A DNA stretch of 64,000 nucleotides from Camelus dromedarius (lineage: Eukaryota). The DNA is taken from positions 90,584,001-90,648,000 of the forward strand of contig NC_087437.1 of the NCBI RefSeq assembly GCF_036321535.1, in the 5' to 3' direction. A program made the translations under genes and the position numbers. Shown here piece after piece: positions 54,173 through 64,000 of the stretch (position 1 is the first letter of the stretch; every line of letters starts with the position of its first letter). The notes under the pieces are model-generated. The model made no database searches and was not told the origin of the DNA. It worked only from the letters and a program-made list of their open reading frames with translations.

Positions 54173-54721
54173 TGTAGGGAGTCTGAAGGATTTGGATCTG
54201 ATTAAGGACAAAGATATGACCACAAGGTGGCAGGAGCACACACAAACTGTATTTCAGTGCCTCTGGCAGATTTCATGCTGGGCAAGTCCCCCACAGCATG
54301 AGACCATCTAGAGGCTATGGTGAGGGGATCACTATTAAGAAGAGGAGGAAGCCAAAGCAACTTCTGGGAAAGAGGTTTAAAGTGGGAGCTTACACGTCTA
54401 GGTGATGTTACTCAGAAGCATCTTGGGGACTTTATAGGTAAGAGAATTCCAAAGGGAAGTAGTAGCTTGATGTCTTTATGGCTCTGGAATTAATCTTACT
54501 ATATCTAGCAAATGTTGGGCATAGTTTCACGAGTTATGCAAAGCAGGCTGGCACTAAATGGCTAAAAATATACTTATTTGGGCTATGTTTAAAATAATTG
54601 GGTGTGTAAAAATTTTCATTTGTTATCACTGGGTTTTTCAGCTAACAAGCTTTTGCATGCCATGAAGTAAACAACCTGGGAGCCAATATACAGAGGACAT
54701 CTTTGGCTCATTTATAGAACA
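54173..54721 (-). mobile_element. ERVL solo LTR (LTR53-like)
   Basis: TG...CA termini, 5-bp flanks tccac/cccac; reverse begins tgttctataaatgagccaaagatgtcctctgtatattggc. Family name tentative. Confidence 0.7.
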
Positions 54722-55305
54722 CCCACCAAATGCCATTATGAGGAGAGTGTTTTTTTGGATTACAAAAATCAAGATGGAATTTTTAGATCCCACCAGATAT
54801 TTCATTAAAACACTTGGAGACAATACTTTTTCAGCTCCTTCTACTGTATTCTGGGTAGTTGCTTGTTCTTACTGATTTCTTTATTTTCAAAAATCCCCTC
54901 CAATCACTTCTCTGTTAAAAATGTATGCCTTTTTGTATTTCTGTTTTATTGTTGTTGTTGTTTTAGCCTAGGCATTGAGGAATGTAAAAGACAAACATAA
55001 AATCATAATCTACTAATCTACTAATGTGAATTAAAAACTCAATTTTTCAATAAATATTTATTAAATTCCTACATGTGCAAAGAAGTAATCAAAATCCACA
55101 AAAACCCTTGATCCCATGGACATGCCATACTAGTGGATTCCAAATGTTTAGCCTGGATTTAAATATAGGAATCAGAATACCTCTAAATCTTGATTATACT
55201 TATTGAATGAACAGAGGTATTTTTTTCTGTATATCTTCTAGTATATTTCAAGTCAACAAGGAACTTATCAATTAGATTAAAATATAGGTCTTAAGTCCTA
55301 TGCAG

Positions 55306-58300
55306 TTTTTTAAAATTTTATTTTTTATTGAAGTTTAGTTGATTTAAAATGTTAGTTTCAGGTCTACAACAAAGTGATTCAGTTGCACATATACATACAT
55401 ATATAATTTTTTCAGATTTTTTTCCATTATACCTTATTATAAGAAACTGAATATAGGTCCCTGTGCTATACAGTAAGTCTATGTTATTTATTTTATATAT
55501 AGTAATGTGTGACTCTTCATCTCAGACTCCTAATTTATCCCTCCTCTCCCTTTTCTCCTTTAGTAACCATAGTTTGTTTTCCATGTCTGTGAGTCTATTT
55601 CTGTTTCATAAATAAGTTCATTTGTAACAGTCTTTTTTAGATTCCACATATAAATGATATCACATGATATTTGTCTTTCTCTGCCTGACTTGTATCACTT
55701 AATATGAAAATCTCTAGGTCAATCCATGTTGCTGCAAATGGCATTATTAAAATATTTTTTATGGCTGAGTAATATTCCATTATATTAATCTTACTTATAT
55801 ACCACATCTTCTTTATCCAGTCATCTGTTGATGGACATTTAGGTTGTTTGCATTTCTTAGCTACTGTAAATAGTGATGCCATGAACACTGGGATGTATAC
55901 GTCTTTTCAAATTACAGTTTTCCCTGGATATATGCCCAAGAGTAGGGCTGCTGGACCATATAGTGAGTCAATTTTTAGTTTTTTAAGAAACTCCCATACT
56001 GTCCTCCATACTGACTGCACCATTTACGTTACCACCAACAGTGTGGGAGGGGTCCCTTTTCTCCAAATCCTCGCCAGCATTTGTTATTTGTAGACTTTTT
56101 AATGATGGTCATTCTGAGTAGTATGAGGTGATAACTCATTGTAGTTTTGCATTTCTCTAATAATTAGCAATATTGAGCATCTTTTCATGTGCCTGTTAGT
56201 CATCTGTATGTGTCCTTTGGAGAAATATCTATTTAGGTCTTTGGCTCATTTTTTATTGAGTTGCTTATTTTTTTATTTATATTAAACTGTATGAATTGTT
56301 TATATATTTTGGAAATTAGTCCCTTGTCAGTTGCATCATTTGCAAATATTTTCTCCAATTCCGTTAGGTTATCTTTTTGTTTTGTTTATGGTTTCATTTG
56401 CTCTACAAATCTTTTAAGTTTAATTAAGTCCCATTTATTTATTTTTGCTTTTATCTCCATTACCCTAGGAAGCAGATCCAAAAAAATATTGCTGTGATTT
56501 ACGGCAAAGAGCGTTCTGCCTATGTTTTCCTCCAGGAATTTTAGTGTATCTGGTTTTACATTTAGGTTTTTAATTCATTTTGAGTTTATTTTTGTATATG
56601 GAGTTAGAGAATGTTCTAATTTCATTCTTTTACATGTCGTTGTCCAGTTTTCCCAGCACCACTTACTGAAGACACTATCTTTTCTCCATTGTATATTCTT
56701 GCCTTCTTTGTTGTAAATTAATTAACCATAGGTGTATGGGTTTATTTCTGGACTTTCTATCCTGTTCCATTGATTTATGGGTCTGTTTTTGTGCCAGTAC
56801 CATATTGTTTTGATAACTGTGCTTTGTGGTATTGTCTGAAATCAGGGAGTGTGATTTCTCCAGCTCCGTTCATCTTTCTCAAGATTGTTTTGGCACTTGG
56901 GGTCTTTTGTGTTTCCATACAAATTTAAAAAAATTTTATTTCAGTTCTGTGAAAGATGTCATCGGTAATTTGAGAGGGATTGCATTGAATCTGTATATTG
57001 CCTTGGGTAGTATATAACAATATAACAATATTGAGTCTTCCAAACCAAGATCACTGTATATCTTTCCATCTGTTTTTATTTTCAATTTCTTTCATCAGTG
57101 TCTTATAGTTTTCAGAATATAGATCCTTTGCATCCTTAGGTAGGTTTATTCCTAGGTATTTTATTCTTTTTGATGTGATGGTAACCTAGATTGTTTCCAT
57201 AATTTCTTTTTTGGATATTTTGCTGTTAGTGTATATAAAAATACAACTGATTTCTGTATATTAATTTTGTACCATTCAACTTTACCGAATTCATTGATGA
57301 GCTCTAGTCATTTTTTGGTAGTGCCTTTAGGATTTTTTTATGTATAGTATCATGTCATCTACCAACAGTGACAGTTTTACTCTTCTTTTCCAATTTGTAT
57401 TCCTTTCATTTCTTTTTCTTCTCTGATTGCTGTGGCTAGGAATTCCAAAACTATGTTGAATAAAAGTGGTGAGAGTGAGCGTTCTTGTCTTGTTCTTGAT
57501 CTTAGAGGAAATGCTTTCAGCATTTCACCATTGAGTATGATGCTAGCTGTGGGTTTGTCATATATGGCCTTTATTATGTTGAGGTATGTTCCCTCTATGC
57601 CCACTTTTGGAGAGTTTTTAATCATAAATAGATGTTGAATTTTATCAAAAGCTTTTTCTGTATATATTGAGATGATCATATAGTTTTTATTCTTTAATTT
57701 GTTAATGTGGTGTATCACATTGATTGATTAGCAGATATTCAGAAAAATCCTTGCATCCCTGGGATAAATCCTACTTGATTATAGTGTATGATCCTTTTAA
57801 TGTATTGTTGGAGTTGATTTGCTAGTATTTTGTTGAGAATTTTTGCATCCATATTCATAAGTGATATTGGCCTGTAATTTTCTTTTTTTGTGGTATCTTT
57901 GTCTGGTTTTGGTGTTAAGGTGATGGTAGCCTAATAGAATGAGTTCGGAAGTGTTCCTTCCTCTGCTTTTTTTGGAATAGTTTCACAAGAATAGGCACTA
58001 ACTCTTTTCTAAATGTTTTGTAGAATTTCCCTGTGAAGCCATCTGGTCCTGGACTTTTGTTTGTTGAGTTTTTAAATTACTGATTCAATTTTAGTGCTGG
58101 TAATTGGTCTGCTATGTTTTTTATTTCTTGCTGGTTCAGTCTTAGCAAATTGTACCTTTCTAAGAAACTGTCCATTTCTTCTAGGTTGTCCATTTTGTTG
58201 GCATATAGTTGCCTCTTATGATCCTTTGTATTTTTGTGGTGTCAGTTGTAACTTCTCCTTTTTCATTTCTGATTTTATTGATTTGGGCTCTCTCCCCTTT

Positions 58301-60431
58301 TTTCTTGATGAGTCTGGCTAAAGACTTATCAATTTTGTTTATCTTCTCAAAGAACAAGCTTTTAGTTTCATTGATTTTTTAAAATTGTTTTTAGTCTCTA
58401 TTCCATTTATTTCTGCTCTAATCTTTATGATTCCTTTCCTTCTACTAACTTTGGGTTTTGTTTGTTCTTCTTTCTCTAAGTGCTTTAGGTGTAAGGTTAA
58501 GTTCTTTATTTGAGATTGTTCTTGTTTACTGAGGTAAGATTTTATTGCTATAAATTTCCCTTTTAGAACTGCTTTTGCTGCTTCCCAGAGATTTTGGGTC
58601 ATCGTGTTTTCATTTTCATTTGTCTCTGGGTGTTTTTAGATTTCTTCTTTAATTTCTTCAGTGATCCATTTGGTTGTTTAGTAGCATATTGTTTAGCCTC
58701 CACTTGTTTGTGGTTTTTGCAGTTTTTCTTCCTTGTAGTTGATTTCTAATCTCATCTATACATGGGCTTTGTTTTTGTGTCCATTCAACTAGTCTATGTC
58801 CTTTGGTTGGAGCATTTAATACATTTACATTTAAGGTAATTATCGATATATATGTTCTTATTGCCTTTTTATTAATTGTTTTGGATTTGTTTTTGTAGCT
58901 CTTTTTTTCCCTTTTTTCTTTTATTCTCTTCTCTTGTGATTTAGTGACTCTCTTCAGCATTATGTTTGGATTCCTCTTTCTTTTTTTTGTCTATATATCT
59001 ATTATAGATTTTTTTTTGTTTGCGATTACTATGAGGTTTTGGTATATAAGTCTATATATACACATGATTGTTCTAAGCTGCTGATCTATTAATTTCAAAT
59101 GCACTTTAGGTACCTTGCAATCATACTCTCCTCCCCTCATGATTACTGGTTTTGATATCATATTTAAGACCTAATTGTTTTGTGTATCCTTTCACTGCTT
59201 ATTGTGGATATAGATGATTTTACTACTTTGGTCTTTTAATTTCCCTATTAGTTTGTGTGTGATGATTTCCTACCTTTCCTATATGTTTACCTTTACAAGT
59301 GAGATTTTCTACTTGGTAATTTTATTGTTTCCGGTTGTGGCCTTTTCTTTTCTACCTAGAGAGGTTCCTTTAGCATTTGTTGTAAAGCTGGTTTGGTAGT
59401 GCTAAATTCTCTTAGCTTTTGCTTACCTGTAAAGCTTTTTATTTCTCCATCAAATCTGAATAAGAGCCTTGCTGTGTACAGTATTATTGGTTGTAGGATT
59501 TTCCCTTTCATCACTTTACATATATTCTGCCACTCACTTCTAGACTGCAGAGTTTCTGCTGAAAAACCAGCAGATAACCTTATGGAGGTTCCTTGTGTGT
59601 TATCTGTTGCTTTTCTCTTATTGCTTTTAATATTTTCTCCTTATATTTAATTTCTTTCAATTTGATTATTGTGTGCTTTGGCATGCTTCTCTTAGGGTTA
59701 ATCTGGTATGGGACTCTCTGGAGGACTATAACCTTCTTAGACTTGGGTGACTATTTCCTTTCCCAAGTTAGGAAAGTTTTCAGCTATTATCTCTTCAAAT
59801 ATTTTCTCAGGTTCTTTCTCTCTGTCTTCTCTTTCTGAGACCCCTATAAAATGAATATTAGTGCACTTCATGTTTTCCTAAAGATCCCTTAAACTATCCT
59901 CATTTCTTTTCATTCTTTTTTTTTTTTTCCTGTTCTACAGTAGTGATTTCCTCTATTCTGTCTCTGTCTCACTGATCCATTTTTTTGCCATTTATTCTTG
60001 GTTCCTTCTGGGTATCATTCATTTCAGTAGCTGTGTTCTTCAACTCTATTTGGCTGTTCTTTATATTTTCTAACTCTGTGCTAAAAACTTCTAACTTCTT
60101 GTTCTGTGCGTCCATTCTCCTCTCAACTTCTCTGATCATCTTCACAATTATTACTGTGAACTCTTTATTGGGTAGATTGCCTATCTCCTCATGACTCAGT
60201 TCTTCTTGTGGGATTTTATCTTGTTTCTTTGCTTGGAAAATATTCCTCTGCTGCCTCACTTTGTCTAAGTTTCTATTTGTATTTTTATGTATGTGGCAGG
60301 TTAATTACGTTTCTTGACCTTGGAGAAGTGGCCTGTGTAGGTGACATCCTATGCAACCCAGCAGTGCATTCCCCTCTTGTCACCCAAGGGCTTGGGGCCA
60401 CCTGGTCCCAGGGTAGAGTCTGGCCTATGTT
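55306..60431 (-). mobile_element. Near-full-length inactive L1 with internal deletion; most of 5' UTR absent
   Basis: ORF1 (MRQQRNIFQAKKQDK, 60259 downward), ORF2 pieces ([20 protein letters not shown]), 3' UTR and T-rich tail near 55306-55327. Confidence 0.95.
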
Positions 60432-61164
60432 TGTTACCTAACCAGGTTCATTCGCCTGATGCACATCAAGCCCAATACTGAGGTGCTGAAGTTTATAGCT
60501 GAGAAGCAGTTTATTTACAAAGAAGTCAAGCAAGGAGATAGAAGGACAACTCTCATATCCACCTCCCAGAAGGTAAGAGACTTGAAATATTTATGGGATA
60601 AAGAAGCTGGGTGGTCTTAGGTGTGGAGAAAGGGGATTGGAGGTAAAGAAAAGTGAGGTAATCAACTTGCTCTGTAGATTTATCTGGGTTACATGCTTCT
60701 TTATGGTATCTGTGTTCAAAAATGGAGGAACTGCTGTGAGGGTGGAGCTTCTGGCCTTCTGACATCAAAAGTTTATCTTTCAAACACCAGCAAAGGCCCA
60801 GTTTTGAGGTTAGTGGTCCCAACCAGTCTTGACCAGCTTGAGCTGGGCAGGAGACATCTCCAGGTTTCTGGAGAACAACTTAAGCCTTCCCCTGGCCCCA
60901 CACTACTATAGTGACCCATAGGGGTGGTTAAGAAGTCTGGTGTGAAGCTTGGAGGGTATAAAACTAAAGAAAGTAAAAAACAGCTAAAGTAGGTTTAATT
61001 AGTAACGGCAGGTTATAAACGGAGGGGGTTTAAACAAGGTGTTTCTATCTGCTATTCTGTAGGACATACTCAAGGATTTCTATTAAGATGCCAACTTCTG
61101 TTGACCCAGGGATTTCTGCTAAGGTGCCAGCTTGTTAACCCTATGGGGTATGATTCCACTTTCA
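60432..61164 (-). mobile_element. ERV1-like LTR
   Basis: tgttacctaaccaggttcattcgcctgatgcac start, tttatt (reverse AATAAA) at 60510; right boundary uncertain, no clean TSD. Confidence 0.65.
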
Positions 61165-62070
61165 TATCTAACTCTTCAAGGTAATAAACTTCTTTATAAG
61201 TATATTTTGGCTGCATCATTAATTCCTACATGAACAGAAGTCATTTAGTGGTTGGAGAATTTGGCCAGACAGTTTAAGTATCATAATATACTATTGAGAG
61301 TGTAAACACAAAGAAAGATTTTAATTCAGTTTTACTCTGACACGATGGTTCTCTAAACTCTTAAGAGTTATGAGATTTGGTGGTTAGAAAGTTGTTAGTG
61401 ATTTTGAGAGTGAAGTTTGAGTAATATACATTGTTGATATCAGAAGCCAGAGAACAAAAGGTTAGGGATAGACATTATTTCTAGAGTGATCTTTGACAAA
61501 GAAGCTGGTTAATCTCTGATGATTTTGAACAGCCATGTTTAATGGAATAGGAAAAGATAAGGTCTTAATTATTATGTGTCAAAGCCATAAATAAATATAG
61601 GGTGAGTTGCTGTAATCCATTTATTTGAAGGCCTTTGACATTCTAGTGGCATTACTCATTTATCCAACTCAAAAATCAGGCAGTGAACCACATTTTAACT
61701 TGGAGTATTTTTTTTAAGTGGACTTTTTTATTTCCTAATTCTTAGACTGAAGCTGTAAAAAACACTCATTAGAAAGTGTATTTATATGATTTTATTTACT
61801 TAAAATGTTTGGTAGGTAATGTATTAGTTTGGAAGCCCAGCTCCTGTACAGTTTTGTGAATTGTAGAGTCAAAAAAGAAATACAGCTTGGTTAAGTTGGC
61901 ATAGTAAACAATTTCCTTGTAAATCATTTTTCCACCTGATTTTATTTTAATACTTGTCTCTAATTTGTGTTGATTTGCCAACTCAGAAGTACAGATAGAA
62001 AACTTGATTGGGAAGTAAGAGATACTAGCCAAATGGATTTGACTTTTTATAATATAGGTGAGTTTGCCAC

Positions 62071-62551
62071 TGTCAACCCAAGAAAGATACACAACCTAAA
62101 AGTTGTGAGTTAAGTTTTATTCAGGGATCTTACTGAGGACTACAGCCTGGGAGACAGCCTCTCAGATAGTTCTGAGGAACTGCTCCAAAGAGGTAAGGGA
62201 GGAGCCAAGATACACAGGAGGTTTTGGCTGAAAAAAATATGTAGTTGAACTTCAAAATGATTACTGCTGAACACAAAGAACAGACATCTCAATTTAAAGA
62301 TTTTAGTGTTTTTCTATGTATAGAAAGATGCAAGAATCTGGGTTCATTGAAATTATTCCTTAGATATGCATCTTAACTATCTAGGGTCAGTATCTAAAGC
62401 ACAGAATTCTTCCTGTTTTCCATTCAGAATTTCCCTCAGGTTGCACTGTCAGTGAATGACTGCAGTGGCTAATTTCTTGCTATTTGTAGAAGTGGACTGG
62501 TGGGCAACATTCTTTGTTTACTGGAATGGCAGGCAACATTTCCTATCCACA
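62071..62551 (-). mobile_element. ERV1-like solo LTR
   Basis: TG...CA termini, reverse AATAAA near 62117, 4-bp flanks ccac/ccat. Confidence 0.8.
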
Positions 62552-62904
62552 CCATTTGTAAAAAATATTTTGGAATCTATTTTGGATCAATATTTTGATC
62601 AATCACTTCCCTTGTCCACTATTTAAATTTTTAAATCACTTTAGGACTTTAGAGAACCACTGTAGAAACAAGATTTAAAGCATTTTCTTTAAACTTCAGA
62701 AAATGGAACAGATAATGTTTTATTTTAGGTTATTTATATCAGGTTATATAAATACCTAAGCCTAGTTATAATCTTGATTTTTTTAATCTTGATGCTCTTA
62801 TTATGCTATTATCAAGGTTACTGATAGTAAATTTCTTAATGTACTTAAGGAAAGAAAATTATAATCACTTAATAGATGTCTTCAACAATATAGTTTAGAA
62901 TCAT

Positions 62905-63390
62905 AATGACTTAGTTTGGGTTACCTGGAAAAAGGGCCTGAGAAGGGAATTTTTGTTTGTGTGATTTTAAAAGGAAGCAAGGTAGAAGAGGGGGAAAACA
63001 AACAAACAAAAACAACTAAAGGTGTGATTTCAGAAATTTGCTACAGGGTGATCTCACAGGACAATCTGGGACATAAATCCCATCATAATCGATGTCCTAT
63101 TTTAAGGCAAAGAGGCCTGTATGTTGTACCCCATGTCAGTCACTGGTAGCTGAGGTGTGGAGAAGAGGAAGCTCACAGCCACCTAAGAAGGTGAGGTCTG
63201 TTTCCATTCCATGAGCTACTATTCTCTCCATACAAAGAGGATATGATTACACTGGGTCCACCTGGATAATCCCCATTTCAAGATCCTTAGCCACATCTGT
63301 GAAGGAACAGATATAAAAGGTAACCTTAACTAGATCTAAGCATTAGGATGTAGACTGTGTTATGGATACCATTATTCACCCTCCCATATT
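62905..63390 (-). mobile_element. Old LTR fragments (LTR16-like then MLT1C/D-like)
   Basis: agtttgggttacctggaaaaagggcctgagaaggga; gattacactgggtccacctggataatcc..tcaagatcctta. Confidence 0.5.
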
Positions 63391-63739
63391 GCCCCAAACC
63401 AACCTACATTCTACTCAAACAAGGGTGCCATAGTAGTACTGTAGATGCCGGGTTTGAAGATCAGTTCATATCTTGTTTTCAAAACACTTTGAAATATCTG
63501 GATATCTGTCTTTATTCCATGTGTGGTTATCTGAATAAATGAGCATAGGTTTTCTTGCATACCTGGATAATTGCTTCTCGCCTTGTTATGGTATTGTAAA
63601 GTCCTTTCTCATAGAGATCCAACTTTTCCTTTAGTCCATGAGCTCTGGGTATGATAATTAGCTTAGTGCTGGAAACTGAGTAATTGCTTGTAAATTTCCA
63701 TTGTGGCTTACCTCAGTTTTCTGATGTTTTATCTTTTTA

Positions 63740-64000
63740 TTTCTTTAATTATATTAAACAACATCTTCCTTGGCTCTCTGTCCACTTAACTTGCCTCTAA
63801 AAACACAATGTTCTGTATCTTCTCCATAGACCTCAATGGGTCAGGCCCCTTGCCTACCATTTCAACCCAAATGTCCTTTCCTGCAATTATCAAATTAGTA
63901 TTTACTATAAATGGTAAATTAGCATCTCACATTAAATGCCTAGGGTACATCTTGTGTAACACCATCTCAAGACCCAGAGTCCCAGTCCTTTCCTATCAGT
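63740..64000 (+). mobile_element. L2 fragment
   Basis: CT-rich with atctcacattaaatgcctagggtacatc..accatctcaa. Confidence 0.4.

Noticed and set aside
1..64000. ORF-track ORFs as host genes
   Set aside because: All are 128 aa or shorter; the recognisable ones are L1 fragments, antisense L1 frames or microsatellite translations.

Overview
AT-rich, CpG-poor mammalian genomic DNA, intergenic or deep-intronic. I found no intact protein-coding gene, RNA gene or CRISPR array. The only ORFs with recognisable homology are broken LINE-1 ORF1/ORF2 pieces. Much of the window is decayed transposons: a full-length L1 with target-site duplication (42556-49003, +), a ~5.1 kb minus-strand L1 with an internal endonuclease-domain deletion (55306-60431), several truncated or 5'-inverted L1s, old L1M/L2/MIR fragments, ERV1/ERVL/MaLR LTRs, and Tigger- and Charlie-type DNA transposon relics. 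The style of the younger L1 3' UTRs, and the absence of recognisable Alu, Bov-tA/BovB, CHR-2, PRE-1 or Can-SINE copies, suggest a laurasiatherian, possibly camelid, genome (inference only). The most notable structures are DNA-repair or integration scars: a 136-bp direct copy 1981 bp from its source, a 125/129-bp inverted copy inside an AT-rich tract, a 25-bp fold-back at an L1 5' junction, and deletion junctions fusing elements. A few unique-sequence islands look like possible enhancers, and one holds a candidate 12-nt microexon. I see no convincing novel gene system. Repeat family names come from recalled consensus sequences, not a database search, and boundaries of old elements are approximate.
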